DNA of 64,000 bases from the human T2T-CHM13v2.0 reference genome, Homo sapiens. A program made the position numbers and the translations under genes. The stretch is taken from the NCBI RefSeq assembly GCF_009914755.1, contig NC_060947.1. The stretch is one strand, 5' to 3'. This document shows positions 42,861 through 58,812 of this stretch, one piece after another. The notes below the pieces were generated by a model. The model was not told the origin of the DNA and did no database searches. It saw only the letters and a program-made list of their open reading frames with translations. Each line of letters begins with the position of its first letter. Position 1 is the stretch's first letter.

Positions 42861-44234
42861 ATAGAATAGGCTCAGGCAGACAGCCTGGCTGCAGGGCTCT
42901 TTCCGCCCCCACCTCCCTCCACCCCCTGGTTAGTCCCAACTAGAGTCCCATCAATCTGCCACTCTCCTCAGGGGTTGCTGGAAATTCCTGGCGCAGATGT
43001 CTCCTACAGAGACGAGTTTTGGATATTCCTTCATCCACCCCTGTTACCACTGAATTATGGGGAGAGAGAGAAGGAGAGAAGACCCATTGAGAGGGAGAGG
43101 AGAAAACAAACGACTTCTGTATACTACTGCCCTGGCTAGCCCAGGCCCATGCCTGAAATAGGTGTTTGGTAAATACTTGAGGAATGTATGTACAAGTGAA
43201 TGAAAAAAAAAAAAAAAGAGGTTGCAGGCAGGCATCTGGGCAGGCAGAGAAAGAAATCCGAGTCATGGCAAACTTTTCCTGACTATGCCTCCACGACATC
43301 TGTCTATACAGGGGCCTCCCCTGGCTATCGGTTCACTCAATAACTCCAATTTGCTCCTTCCTTTTGCACAGATCACATGCAACACCCTACACACTTCCTT
43401 CAAGAGATCCAGATAGAAGCTTGGGGGCTCACCACTTTGGGGTCAGAGCACTTGAATTGCTTAGCTGTGGGCAGAAATGCTGATCGCAGGCAGCCCAGCA
43501 AGGGGTATCCAGATATAACCCCATTCATCATTCTGAGATTCCCTTCTTGTCCTGAGACCAAGTAGTAGGGTGCTAGACAACAGGACCCACCAGTCGACTT
43601 CCATTTTCCATTTAACACAGGTAAGCAATATGACTATCAGATTTTGACGTGAAGGATTTGCAAGTGAGTGGACACCTGTGCACACAGGTGGATAAACACG
43701 AGCATTGAACGTGCACGCTGACCATCCAAGGGACTGACACTGAAGATTATGCTTTTTCTGGGCAACATTTTAAAACCTTATGTGTGAGGGTTTCTCGGTG
43801 CCCTTCATAAGCTCAACTTCTGTTCCAACATTTGTTTCAAATAAGATTTCCTTCCATAAAAGTACCACTTAAGGACACACATGCAGAATATGCATTTGGC
43901 TTTTCCTGGGTGTTAAATATTTTATTTGATGTGCTGATTTTGTTACTACATCACTGGAAAATTAATCCACAATGAATTGCCTGTGTGACAAGCTCTCACC
44001 ACAGAAGCAACAGCGATTTTAATCTTGAATCCTGGATTATTTATCTCTTGCTCCCTGTGAGCTCCTAGCCTCAATTTCATACCTGATTTCCTGTTACCCA
44101 CAAATTCTGCAACTGACACATAAACACAGGCAGAACGTCTTTCTCCCTAAATAAATAAAAACAACAAGGAATCAGAAAAACGGGGCAAGGATTCCACCTT
44201 TCATGATGCCACTTAAAATTTAAAAAGTATTTTA

Positions 44235-44536
44235 GGCCGGGCGCGGTGGCTCACGCCTGTAATCCCAGCACTTTGGGAGGCTGAAGCGGGCGGATCACGA
44301 GGTCAGGAGATCGAGACCATCCTGGCTAACATGGTGAAACCCTGTCTCCACTAAAAGTACAAAAAAAAAAAAAAAAAAAAAAAGCCGGGCATGGTGGCAC
44401 GCGCCTGTAGCCCCAGCTACTCGGGAGGCTGAGGCAGGAGAATCGCTTGAACCCCAGGAGGTGGAGGTTGCAGTGAGCTGAGATTGTGCCACTGCACTCC
44501 AGCCTGGGTGACAGAGTGAGACTCTGTCTCAAAAAA
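44235..44536 (+). mobile_element. Alu
   Basis: Full-length Alu with expanded middle A-tract. Confidence 0.95.
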
Positions 44537-45831
44537 CTTTTTTTTTTTAAAAAGAGAACCATTAAGCCAGATCTTTCTAACACGTGTAACTTCTTGATTA
44601 GTTCCACATTCACATCATCTCTGCCTTGAGTTGGTTCTGGGGTCTGACTTAGCAAGCTTTTGTTTTTATCTCATTCCACATGTGCTGAGAGTGAGGGATA
44701 TCTGTGAGTTGCTCTTTATTGTTTAAGTTAAAAAAAATAGTGAAGACCACAGCTGACTTCCAAAGTGGGCAACTCCAGCTCATGGGTTAATGAATGAGCC
44801 CCAGGGAGTGTGTTTATGATGTCCTGAGGTGGGGACCCTGAGGTGGGGGTAATTTTGGCCCAATGGCAGCTGGTTAGGCAGCTGGTAGAGAGCAGCTGCA
44901 GGAATGGGACTATTTCTATGGGGGGTAGAATTTAAAGTTGGACTTCTGGATAGAACTGTTCAAGTTGAGCTGCCCCTGGGTTGAATTCTCCCTCTCGGTA
45001 TAGGTTACCAGCTTATGCTTTGACATCAGATGTACAAGGAGTTGGGGGAGGGAACTAGGGGTGAAAAGAAGGACCCCTGCTGACTTCCTGAGTCACAGCA
45101 TTGCTGGGGAGAAGTTGGGACCCAAAGGTGCCCATTGCCATGTGCCCTTCTTCCCCTCAACATGCTGTTTTGATGGAACTTAGCATTTGAGAATGTACCG
45201 CCAACAGGGCTCTCATTTAAAATGTAAAATGTCCTTTCATAACTGTTGGAAAGGAAGTTTGTATACATAGAGAGCATCTAGGATTTGCCCATTTCTGTGA
45301 AAAAAAAAATTCTTCCTGACTGTAAATCCTGTGCTCTGTAAATAATTGTTGGGTCCAAGAAGACCAACAACTGGCATTTTCCTGCCCCACCGCCTGCCCT
45401 GCTTTTGAAGCCCACAGCGAGGGGAGGAGGAGAGGGCATCTGGAGGGAGGAGAAGGCAAATGGTCCAAACACACATATTTATTTAGTAAACAAGCTCATC
45501 ATCTCCTCAATTTTAAAATTCCCTGTGAGCAAATACAAGCACAGACTTCATTTGAAAAAAAAATGTACAGCATTCCCCTTAAAGCGATTTAGTAATTGCA
45601 GGAAACAGAGAGCAACATTCCACCCAGGTGCTCACTACAGCACACCTGTGAGTCTGGAAACAAAGTCTCAGCTGTTAAACCTGAGGGGCCGTGAAGCCAC
45701 CTTTGGATTAGGCTGTGAAAGGAAGAGTGGTAGGGGAAGGACGCAGAGGGCAGCTAGGCCCCTTCTTTCCAGGGGACTCCAAGGTCATCTTGCCGCCTTC
45801 TCCCTCTCCTCCTCTTCCTTCTCCTCGCTAA

Positions 45832-46263
<432 letters not shown>

Positions 46264-46463
46264 TAGGCTTCACAGTGTTCTGAGGTAGGGACTGTTATTA
46301 TTCCCATGTGAGAGAGGAGGAAACTGAGGCCTAGAGACTTTGGATGACTTGCTCATGCAGGTCACATCCTAGTAAGTGACCAGGAGTCAAGGCCAGGCTG
46401 AGCTCACTCCACAGCTGGTTCTCTCCCCACAGAAGTCAGACATTTCCTTAAGCCTCCCTTTAT

Positions 46464-46825
<362 letters not shown>

Positions 46826-47483
46826 CTAGGGAGGCGTAGCCCTTTAAATCCCTCAGTTCTCCAGAACAATTTCATGAAGAGAGGGCCCAGGTACATCACA
46901 GAAAATGGTAAGTAGGGGAGATGGCACCAGTAAGATGCTTCCCAATTTTCCTTTTTCTCTCACTTCATTCAAGTGCTATTCATGGTGGCCTCTGCCGTGG
47001 CTCGCAGGCATCTTAAGGTTGTTCATAAGACCCACTAGCTTTCAATGAGGCAGGCAGTGCGGGAAGGGGACAGGGATTAAAATCGATGTTGTTCTGTTAC
47101 CTCCCTTCATAACCTCCAAACTGTAAGAAAAAGGGCACGTTTCATGCAGAATAAAACAACTGTCAAGATATTTCTTATTTCTATGAACTGGTACAGTTTT
47201 ACCCCCACTTAAAAATGTGATTGACCCTAGAAAAGCCCAATTTATAAGGTTCTGGTACTTGTTGTATTCTTTCTGAGAGCATTTTGAAGAAGGTTTATAT
47301 ACAAAGAGGATGCATATAGGAAAGTGATATAAAAACACCCTTGAATAGATTTTAACTATGATTTGATTAGCTTACCCCCTCTTTAGGGGGAAAGCTAGCG
47401 ATTTTCTAGCTGTTTTGCTGAAAAATACTCTCATCTTCAAACTCAGTAATATCTGAATCTTGCACCCTTTTTTTCTAGAACTC

Positions 47484-47498
47484 TTTATTTTATTTATT

Positions 47499-47541
<43 letters not shown>

Positions 47542-47620
47542 TTGTGAGACAGAGTCTTGCTCTGTTGCCCAGGCTGGAGTGCAGTGGCACGATCTTGGCT
47601 CACTGCAACCTCTGCCTCCC
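47484..47620 (-). mobile_element. Truncated Alu with (TTTA)n tail, TSD TAGAAC(T/C)CT
   Basis: 3' Alu fragment with flanking repeats. Confidence 0.9.
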
Positions 47621-48658
47621 GTAGAACCCTCTTTTCTGTTATGTGTGTGCTGGAGTTAGACCCTCCTTGTGTAGGGAACCCACAGGAACCTGTGGTTGTT
47701 TGGTGATTGCAAAATGCTGGTGAATAAATGACCGCATCTACAGCTGGGGAGCAGGCCCAGGATGGATGTGGGGTGAGGGTGCTGTGAAGAAAATGATCTC
47801 ACCAGAGCACCATTGGCCAGGAGAGAGAGGAGCCTGGAGAATACTGAAGGATGGAGAAAACACAAGCTGGAGGAAGTGAGAAGGAGACATTTGAGAGAAG
47901 GGATGAATTCAATCAAGAGTAGCAGAGAGCAGAAGAGCAGCTGGGGAAAAATTTGACTGATTTAGGGGCCCAGGGAGAAAAATGAGTTCAAGCAATACAG
48001 GGCATCCGATCAAGGGAGGGGTTGAGCAACAGCTCCGGTGTCAGGTGGCCATGAGGAGAGCACTGGATACTGAACATGGAACTCAGCCAGAAAGGACCCT
48101 GTTTCCCTGAAGGGACTGGGTGGAGGAGATGCGGGGAACCTAGGTGGCCTGGCACTAAATCATGGTATGTTGAGAAGAAAAGGCAAGCTTATGTGTGAGA
48201 GGCTAAACAGGTTGGACTTGTCCCTGAAGTGTTCCGACTTTGAGCATGTTCCCCCAACCCCTCCAGTTTCTCCCACTGGTGGAATCTCTATTTCCTAACT
48301 GGCTGGCAGGGAGGGCTCCAATGTGAGTGACAGGGAACTGGAAACCTGGAGAAGCCTGAGGAAGAATATTGGGGTCCTAAAGTCAAAGTCTAAAGTGCAG
48401 CCTCCTCTCAAATCCTTTGTGCTTGCCTAATTCGCTTGTTCCCTTGGGGAAAATAAGTATGGGGGATGGAAATCGTAATTTTTAGCTTGAGTAGCAAATG
48501 GTTCCATCAACCCCTGGGCTCTACTGGATGATTTCAAGGGATATTTTGTGGGTGGAAAGAAACCCCTCCAGTGATGGATACATGAGTACTGATGTCTGCA
48601 TTTTCATGTGCAGAAGATTCAGGGCTTGGGATTCTGTACCTCAAAGAACATACAATGG

Positions 48659-49049
<391 letters not shown>

Positions 49050-49116
49050 TCAGTCTTATCCAATGTGGGATAGGGATGTTTTTCCTCTTTTGTAAGAGAG
49101 AAAATAAATACAAATG

Positions 49117-49440
<324 letters not shown>

Positions 49441-49822
49441 TGAAAGTTTATTTTTCCTTAACATGATTTTGAGTAACTGTGTTTAAGTCAATCAGGGTCT
49501 TATTACCTGGCTTCATTCATCCAACATATACGTACTGAGCACCTTCTTTGGACCAGTATTGTGTTAGGTGCTGGGAATATCAAAAAGGGAACTAACACAG
49601 GGTTTCTACATTAATGGAGTTTACAGTCCCAAATGGGAGACACGAAGTAAATAGATAAATTCACACATCATTACTTAGTATTAGATAGTTGATCTCAAAA
49701 ATGTGTAATTACATTTGCGATAAATGATACAAGGGTTATATGCAAGTGTTATAATAAAGAATGCATAACAGAGGGATCTAACCTATTCTCGGGATCTGGC
49801 AAGGCCTCCCTGAAGAAGAGAC

Positions 49823-50125
49823 TTTTTTGTTTTTTTGAGACAGAGTCCCACTCTGTCACCCAGGCTGGAGTGTGATCTTGGCTCACAGCAACCTCTGCCT
49901 CCCAGGTTGAAGCGATTTTCCCACCAGCCTCCTGGGTAGCTGGGACTACAGGCTCAAGCCAGGACGCCCAGCTAATTTTTTGTATTTTTAGTAGAGACCG
50001 GGTTTCACCATGTTGGCCAGGCTGGTCTCGAACTCCTGACCTCAAGTGATCCACCCTCCCCCCCCACCCCACCCCTTAGCTTTTCACAGTGCTGGGATTA
50101 CAGGCATGAGCCACCACACCTGGCC
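49823..50125 (-). mobile_element. Alu within an L2 remnant (~49510-50200)
   Basis: Antisense Alu, TSD AGAAGAGAC. Confidence 0.92.
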
Positions 50126-51533
50126 AGAAGAGACATTTTAACATCAGTTGTCAGATACAGAGTTGGGGCTGCAGATGGGGAAGACAGCACATGTCGAGAG
50201 AATGGCCAAGACCAGCACTACAGAGCTGGAGCCCAGGTCAGCACAATCCTCTTCATGCAACTCTGTGTTATCTTCCTTTCTTCCCTGCTATTTTCCTTAT
50301 GCCACTACCAACCATCACCCTTTCCCCTCATTCGAGCACAGCTCAGGTAGGTCTCTATCTTTCATCTTTGAAAATGAATCAATACAGGCAAAAATCTCAT
50401 TGCATGAAAATCTGTCATCTTGGAAATGTGTGTGTGTGTGTGTACACATACACATGTGTGAATATGTGTGTCTTGCAGGTATGGGATAATAATATTTAAG
50501 AAACATTGCCTCAGAGATTGCCACTTCTCATACACTGCTACAAAATTGAAATCACCTGGGTGCTTCTTTTGCCAATTTGTCTTTTGAATCCCAATGAATC
50601 GAAGCTAGCATGTTTGCAATGGCAGAGGAGTGAGGAGTGGAGATCTTTGTGCAAACAATTTTGGCACTCAAGGTAATACCCTTAAGGTCCATCCAAGTTA
50701 TTGTCCATTCTTTTTTATTGTAGCACGGTTTGTTTAACTACTCACTTATTGAAGGACATTTTGGTTGTTGCTAGTTTTTTGCTGTTAACAAATAACGCTG
50801 TTATAAACATTCATGTATGAGAATTTGTGTGGACATAAGTTTTCATTTCTCTGGGATAAATGCCCAGGAGTGTGATTGCTGGGTCCTATGGTAATTGCAT
50901 GTTTAGTTTTATATGAAACTGCCAAAGAGTTTTCCAGAGTGGCTGTAGCATTTCACATTCCCACTAGCAATGTCTGAGAGATCCAGTTTCTCTACATTCT
51001 CACCAACATTTGGTATTGTCACTGTTTTTTTATTTCAGCTGTTCTAATAGGTATGTAGTGACATCTCATTGAAGTATTAATTTGCATTTCCCTAATGATT
51101 AATGATGGTGAACATCTTGTCATGTCTTTACAATCCATGTTTCCTCTTTGGTTAAATGTATCTTTATGTCCTTTGCCCATTTTCTAATTGGATTTTGTTT
51201 TACTGTTGAGTTTTTTAAAGTTCTTAACGTATTCTAGATATGTGTCAGTTGTCAGATGTGTGGTTTGAAAATATTTTCTCCCATTATGTTATATAACTTG
51301 TCTTTTCATCTTCTTTCACAGAGCAAATGTTTTATATTTTGGTCAGGTCCAATTTATTGATTTTTCCTTTCATGGATTGTGCTTTTGATCAAGTCTAAGA
51401 CCTTTTTGCCTAAGCTCTAGATCCCAAACATTTTCTACTGTTTATTTAAACATTTTAAAATAGTTTTTATGTTTAACTCCATCATCCATTTTCAGATACT
51501 TTTTGTATAAAGTATGAGTCTTAGACTGAGCTT

Positions 51534-52317
51534 TGTGATGGTTAATTTTATGTGTCAACTTGGCTAGGCCACAGTACCCAGATATTTGGTGAAACACCTC
51601 TGAATGTTGCTGTGAGGGTATTTTGTTTTTTAGAGGAGATTAACATGTAAATCAGTAGACTTTGAGTAAAGTAGATTACCTTCCATAATGGGGGTGGGCC
51701 TTATCCAATCAGTTGAAGGCCTTAAGGAAAAGACTGACCTCCCCTGAGGAAGAGGGAATTCTGTCAGCTGACTGCCTTTGAACTCAAGTTGCAACATTAA
51801 CTCTTCCCTGAGTCTCCAGCCTGCTGGCCTGCCCTGCAAATTTTGGACTTGCCAACATCCACAGTTCCATGAGCCAATTCCTTAATCAATCAATCAATCA
51901 ATCAATCTCTCTCTCTGTGTCTCTTTTTTTTTTTTTTTTTTTTTGAGACAGAGTCTCGCTCTGTCGCCCAGGCTGGAGTGCAGTGACGCGATCTCGGCTC
52001 ACTGCAAGCTCCACACCTCCCAGGTTCATGCCATTCTCCTGTCTCAGCCTCCAGAGTAGCTGGGACTACAGGTGCCCGCCACCACGCCCGGCTAATTTTT
52101 TGTATTTTTTAGTAGAGACGGGGGTTTCACTGTGTTAGCCAGGATGGTCTCGATCTCCTGACCTTGTGATCCGCCCGCCTCAGCCTCCCAAAATGCTGGG
52201 ATTACAGGCGTGAGCCACCGCGCCCAGCGCTGTGTCTCTTTTTCTCTCTCTAAACAGGCCCCCCAACACACACACATCCTATTGGTTCTGTTTCTCTGGA
52301 GAACCGTGACTACTACA
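51534..52317 (+). mobile_element. ERVL LTR (MLT2) with nested Alu (51924-52229, -)
   Basis: Starts tgtgatggttaattttatgtgtcaacttggctaggcc, ends ctattggttctgtttctctggagaaccgtgactactaca. Confidence 0.9.
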
Positions 52318-55300
52318 AGGTTCTTTTTTCTCTGCCATGGATGTGCAATTTCTCCATCATCATTTGTTTAAAAGGCTATCTTTCCTCCATTGAATTGTGT
52401 GTGTATCTTTTAAAAAGTCAGTTGGCCATATTTATATGGGACTATTTCTGGGTTCTGTTCTGTTCTGTTGATTTATGTGTCTGTCCTTCTACCAATACCA
52501 CACAGTCTTGATTACTGTAGATATATGATAGGGTCAACTGATTCCTCCCACTTTATTCTTCTTTTTCAAACTTGCTTTAGCTATTTGTGTTCCTTTGACT
52601 TTTCTGTATAAATTTGACATAAAATTGTACAAAAATCTTGTTGCTGTTTTGATGGGAATTATGTCAAACATGTATATCAATTTGGAAATAATTGACACCT
52701 TTATGCTTAATCTTCAAAATGGATTTAAAGCATTTAAAGTACATGGTATGCTTCTCCATTGAGTTAGATATTTGATTTCTTTCCTCAGCATTTTGTAGTT
52801 TTCAACATACAAGTCTTATTCATGTTTTGTTAGATATACACCTAAGTCTTTTTTGAGCAATTATAAATGGTGTTGTATTTTTAACTTTGGTGTTTATGTA
52901 TTCATTATTAATATATAGAAATACAATTGTATGCTTATCTTTTGTTTATGCATGTATCTCCTGACCTTGCTGAACTCATTTATTTGTTTTAGGAGTTTAA
53001 AAAAAATAGTTTTCTTGCTATTCTCTATACAGACCATCATGTCATCTGAAAATAAGAAAATGTTCTTTCTTCCTTTCTAATCTGTATGCCTTTTATTTCC
53101 TTTTCTGGACTTTCTGTACTAGCTAGAATGTCCAGCACTATGATGAATAAGAGTAGTGAAAGTGCACATCCTTGCCTTTTTCCTGATCTAAGGGTGAAAA
53201 CAATCAGTTTTTCACCATTAAGTAAAATGTTAGTTGTAGGGGTTTTTTTGCAGATGCTGTTTATCAAGTTGAGGAAATTCCTCTCTATTCCCTGTTTGCT
53301 GAGAGATTTTATCATGAATGGATGCTGAATTTTGTCATTTTTTTGGCATCAAATGATATAATCATGTGATTTTTCTTCTTTAGCTGTTAATATGGTGGTT
53401 CACACTGATTGATTTTTAAATATTGAACCAGACTTGCATACACGGAATAAACCTCTCTTGGTCATGGTGTATAATTCCTTCATATTGCTGAAGTCTGTTT
53501 GCTAATATTTTGTTATTAATTTTTGCATTTACATTCATGAGTGATATTGGTCTGCAGTTTTCTTTTACTGTTTTTGCCTGATTTTAGTATCAGGGTAATA
53601 TGAGCTTAATAAAATGAATTGGGAAATATTTCCTCTACTTCTATTTTCTGGAAGACATTATGTACAATTGGCATTACTTTTTCTTTAAATGTTTATTCTC
53701 CAGTGAAACCATCTGAGCCTAGAGATCTCTGTTTGGGGAGTTTTTAAATTATGAATTTAATTTCCTTAATAGTTATGGAGCTACTACCTGTATTTATATT
53801 GGGTGAATTGTGGTAGTTTGTGTTTTTCAAGGAATTGGTTCATTGTTATATTTGTGTGTATAAAGTTGTTAACCTTTTGATGTCTGCAGGGTTTGTAGTA
53901 GTATCCCCTGTTCTGTTTCTGATGCTGGTAATTTGTTTCTTCTCTCTCTCTCTCTTTTTTTGATCAGTCTTGCTAGAGGTCTGTCAATTTCATTAAATTT
54001 TTTATTTTTTGCAAAGGAACAGGTTTTTGTTTCATTAATTTTCTCTATTGTTTTCCTTTTTTTCAATTTCAACTCTTATCTTTATTATTTCCTTCCTTCT
54101 GCTTGCCTTATGTTTATTTGTTCTTTTTCTAGGTTCTTGAGGTGGAAGCTTAGATTACTGACTTGAGACCTTTCCTCTTTTCTAATGTATAATTTAGTGA
54201 TACAAATTTCCCTTTCAACGTGGCTTTTACTGTGTCCCACAAATTTTGAAATATTATAGTTTTATTTTCAATCCAGTTCAATGTATTTTAAACATTTCTC
54301 CTGAGACTTCCTCTTTGACCTATAGATTATTTAGAAGAATGTTGTTTATTTTCCAAGTGTTTGGATGTTTTCCTGTTATCTGTCTGTTATTAATTTCTAA
54401 TTTGATTCCATTATTGTCAGAGAACACACTATGTACAATTGCAATTCTTCTAAATTTGTTGTGGTTTCTTTTATGGCTCAGAATATGGTCTATCTTGTTC
54501 TATGTTCTACAGAATGTGTATTCTGCTTGTGTTGGATGGAGTATTCTATACATGTTGATTAGATCCTGTTATTGTTGGTATTGTTGAGTTCTATATCTTT
54601 GCTAATTTTCTGTCTAGTTGTTCTATCAATTGTAAGAGAGGAGTGTTGAAATTTCCAACTATTGTGGCTTTGTGGATTTTCTTCTTTCAGTTCTATCAGT
54701 TTTTGCTTCACATATTTTGCTTCACAAACAGCTCTGTTGTTTGGTGCATGAACATTTAGGATGGCTACATCTTTTTGGTGGGTTGAGCCATTTATATATA
54801 TAATATATATATAATGTGTGTATATATATATATATATCTGATAATTTCTTTCTCTGAAGTCTATCTGATATTAATATAGACACTCATGCTTTGTTTTGAC
54901 TAATGCTTGTATGATAAATATGTTTCCTTCCTTTTACTTTCAGTTGTCTTATATCATTATATTTAAGGTGAGTTTCTTGTAGAGTACATACTGTCGGGTC
55001 ATTTTTTCTTATCCACTCTGCCAGTCTCTGTCTTCTAATTGGTGTATTTAGACCTTATATACATTAAATGTAATTGGTGATATGTTAGGATCTAAGTCTG
55101 CCATTTTATTTTTAATTTTGTTTTCTTTTTCCTGCCTTCCTATGAGTATTTGAATATTTTGGGGAATATTGTAACATTTTGATTTATCTGTAGTGGTTTT
55201 GAGTGTATATCTTTGTATAGATTCTGAGTGGCTCTAGGTATTACATTGTATATACATAACTTATCACAGTCTGCTGGTAATGTTATTTTGCCAGTATGAG

Positions 55301-55797
55301 TGAAGTATAAAAACCTTACTTCTGTTAATGTCTCTTTATCTCCCTAGTTTATGATATAACCAACTTAAATATTTCCTCTACATGCAATTAGAACTATATC
55401 AGACAGTATTATTATTTTTGCTTCAACCATCAAACAAAATTTTGAAGACTCAAAGAGGAAGGAAAGTCTATTGTGTTCATCATATTTTTGCTTATTGTAT
55501 TATTTCTTGCTTCTTGATGTTCCAAGATTTATTTTATCATTGCTGTTCTGTTTAGATAACTTCCTTTAGCTATTATTTTAGAGTAGCTCTGATGGAGACA
55601 GGTTCTCTTAATTTTCCTTCATCTGAGAATGTCTTGATTCCCACTTCATTCCTGAAGGATATTTTTGTGGGATATAGGATTTAGTTCTTTTCTTTCAGCA
55701 TTTGAAAAATGTGCCAATTCCTTCTGGTCACATGGTTTCTGATGAGAAATCAACTGCCATTTAAATAATTGTTTATCAGTTTCTCTGTCAAATTATT

Positions 55798-56099
55798 GTT
55801 TTTCTTTTCTTTTTTGAGACAGAGCCTCACTCTGTGACTCAGGCTGAAGTTCAGTGTGGCATGATCATGGCTCACTGCAGCCTCTACCTCCCTGGGCTCA
55901 GTGATCCTCCTACTTGAGCCTCTCGAGTAGCTGGGACTACAGGTGTGCACCACCACACCTGGCTAATTTTTGTACTTTTTGCAGAGATGGGGTTTCACCA
56001 TGTTGTCCAGGCTGGTCTCAAACTCCTGGGCTCAAGCAATCCACCCGCCTTGGCCCCCAAAACTGCTGGGATTATAGGCACGAGCCACTCTGCTTGGCC
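55798..56099 (-). mobile_element. Alu (J-type) within L1
   Basis: Antisense Alu, TSD AAAT(T/C)ATTGTTTTTC. Confidence 0.92.
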
Positions 56100-58437
56100 A
56101 AATCATTGTTTTTCCTCTGTCTGCTTTCAAGATTGTTTTCTTTGTCTTTAGTTTTCAGAAGTTTGACTATGATATGTCTTAGTGTGGATTTCTTTGGGTT
56201 TAGCATGTTTGAGATTCTCTAAGCTTTTTGAATCTGTATGTCTTTTGCCAAATTTGGAAAATTTTCAGCCATTATTCCTTGAAATACTTTTCAGTCCTAG
56301 TCTCCTCCTCTCATCCCAGGACTCCAATGACATGAATGTTATATCTTTTGTAATAATTCTACAGGTCCCTGAGACTGTTATTTTTTTCCAGTCTATTTGC
56401 TCTCTGCATAATTTCTGTTGTTATATACTCAAGTTCACCGATTTTTTTCCTTTGTCCCCTCCATTCTGTTGTTCACCCTATTCACTGAGATTTTCATTTT
56501 GGTTATTGTGTTTTTCAGTTCTAAAGTCTACATTTGGTTCTTTATGTATTCTTATTTGCTTACTGAGACTTTCCGTTTTTATTTGTTCCAAGCATGTTTG
56601 TAATTGCTCATTGAAGCATTTTTATGATAGCTGTTTCAAAATCTTTGTCAGATAATTCTATCTCATCATCTTAGTATTGGCATGAATTGACTGTCTTTTT
56701 CACTCAGTTTGAAATCTTCCTGGTTCTTGGTATGATGAATGATTTTCAACTGAATACTGTTCATTTTGGATATTATGTCATGAGACTCTGGATCTTATTT
56801 AAACCTTAGGTTTTAGTGGTTTTTTTCTGACATTGCTCTAGTAGAAAAAACTGGAAGGGTTGCCTTGTTACTGCCAAATTGGGGTAGAAGTTCAGGCTCA
56901 CCACTCAGCCTTTGCATGGACAGTTGGAGGTGAGGGTTGCAGTTTTTCCTGTGGTGTTTGGCTATAGTAGAGCAGTAATGGTCTAAAAGTTTTCTGTCTT
57001 TCTAGGATGCCCCTTTTCTGGTCCTTTGGCTAGAGAGAGTAGGCTTTTGTTGGGACTTTAGAAAAATCTGTTCCCACTGGTGTTTCTGAATTGCTAGCTT
57101 CTCTAGCAGCCAGTCTGGGATATTTGAGGCAAAAAGAAAGCTCAGGGAACTCACGAACTCATGTCACTCTTTGAGTCTCAAGGTCCTTAGTCAGTCTATC
57201 TTCTCTCCACCTTTCTTGGTTGTCTTATGTTTGTTGTATATATAATAACTAGGGTTTATAGTTGTACTTAGTGAAAGGAATAGGGAAAAGTACATCTACT
57301 CCATCTTTCTAAAAGCAGAAGTTGACTTTTAGGATCCCACGTCTCTGATTAGTTATTAGATCTCATTACTTATCTCTGAAGGTATGGTGTTAAAAACTCA
57401 CATTTTAATACGTTGTCTTTGTTGAATGAGTGGATCATACTCGTGTAGCTTGTGAGATGTTGAAGCAGAACTATAGACTAAAGTGTCCCCTGAGCTGAGC
57501 TCGTCAGCTGCTGAACTGGTGACAGATTCCTTGAGTCTGTACTGCTCTTTAACTAACAGATCTTCAGTATGTGCCCAGAACTGCACTGGGTGTTTAAGAA
57601 ACTATGAAGAAAGATGTGGCCTCGACTCTCAGGGTATTTGATGTCTATATGGGAAAACAAGAAAAGTGAATTCTCCATTTCAGGGTGTAGAATATAGTAG
57701 ACACTCAATACATGCTTGTTGCATGAGTGAATGCTGCTGAGCACATGCTAATTGCCCCTGAATGACAAGTGCTAAACTAAACTGTGTGATGCAGATTAAA
57801 AGTGCTGTATGAAGCCAGAAGAGAGGCAGCAGTATGGCTGAAGTGGTCGAGAAGGGTTGTTTTTTTAAGGAGGTAGAGGTTGAGTTTCCTTGACAATATG
57901 TTAGGACCTGGCGGTAGTTTTTGAAGGAAAAAATTGACAGGACTTGTTAACAGACTGTTTGTGGGGGATGAAATTCAGTAAAAAGCAAAACAGACTTTGG
58001 TTCAGATCCTGGGTGACAGGGAGATGAGGGAAACACCATGAGTTTGACTTTGTACCTGATTAGCTTGAGCTGTTAGCAAAACATCCAAGCACAAGTACAC
58101 AGTAAGTATTTGGAATATTTGGAGCTGAAGGAAAGATTATACTAGAAAAACCCATCTTTTCACTTGAGAGTTTCCAGAAGATATGGGAACTATCACAACT
58201 TAGCAGCCAACAAATGATGTGAGCTAAGATAGTTAATAACCCCTCTCTGGGCTTTAGTTTCCTCATGTATAAAATGAGGTGCGATGGTAGGTGGTTTTTT
58301 ATGAGATAACATTTGGATTAGCATAGTATCTGGTATTTGGAAGGAGCCCTATACTTGCTGGAATATTTTCCTTCCAGATCTAAAGGTCTAGGATTGTGTG
58401 ATTTCTTTGAAATATGAACTGTCCTTAATACATCTGC

Positions 58438-58812
58438 TGATATGGTTTGGCTGTGTCACCACCGAAATCTCATGTTGAATTGTAGTTCTCATAATCTCCA
58501 AGTGTCGTGGGAGGGACCTGGTGGGAGGTAATTGAATCATGGGGGTGCCTACACTCATGCTGTTCTCGTGATAGTGAGTGAGTTCTTACAGGATCTGATG
58601 GTTTTATAAGAGGCTTTTCTCTCTTTTACTCAGCACTTCTCTCTCCTGCCACCACATGAAGAAAGACATGTTTGCTTCCCCTTCCGCCATGAGTGTAAGT
58701 TTCCTGAGGCCTCCCCAGCCATGTGGAACTGTGAGTCAATTAAACCTTTTTCCTTTATAAATTACCCAGGCTTGGGTATTTCTGCAGAGCAGCATGAGAA
58801 CAGACTAATATA
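58438..58812 (+). mobile_element. Solo THE1-type MaLR LTR with 5-bp TSD TCTGC
   Basis: TGATATGGTTTGGCTGTGTC...GAACAGACTAATATA; TCTGC at 58433-58437 and 58813-58817. Confidence 0.93.

Larger units (their letters stand above)
50670..57320 (-). mobile_element. Old, long L1 (L1M-type) with degenerate ORF2; interrupted by MLT2 and Alus
   Basis: ORFs 53037-53315 (GIERNFLNLINSI...NILLNGEKL...RSGKRQGCALSLLLFIIVLDILA) and 53869-54072 (KINETK...IDRPLARLIKK) resemble L1 ORF2p; T-rich antisense L1 composition. Confidence 0.88.

Noticed and set aside
53037-54072. Reverse-transcriptase-like ORFs
   Set aside because: Fragmented remnants of an old L1 ORF2, not an intact gene.
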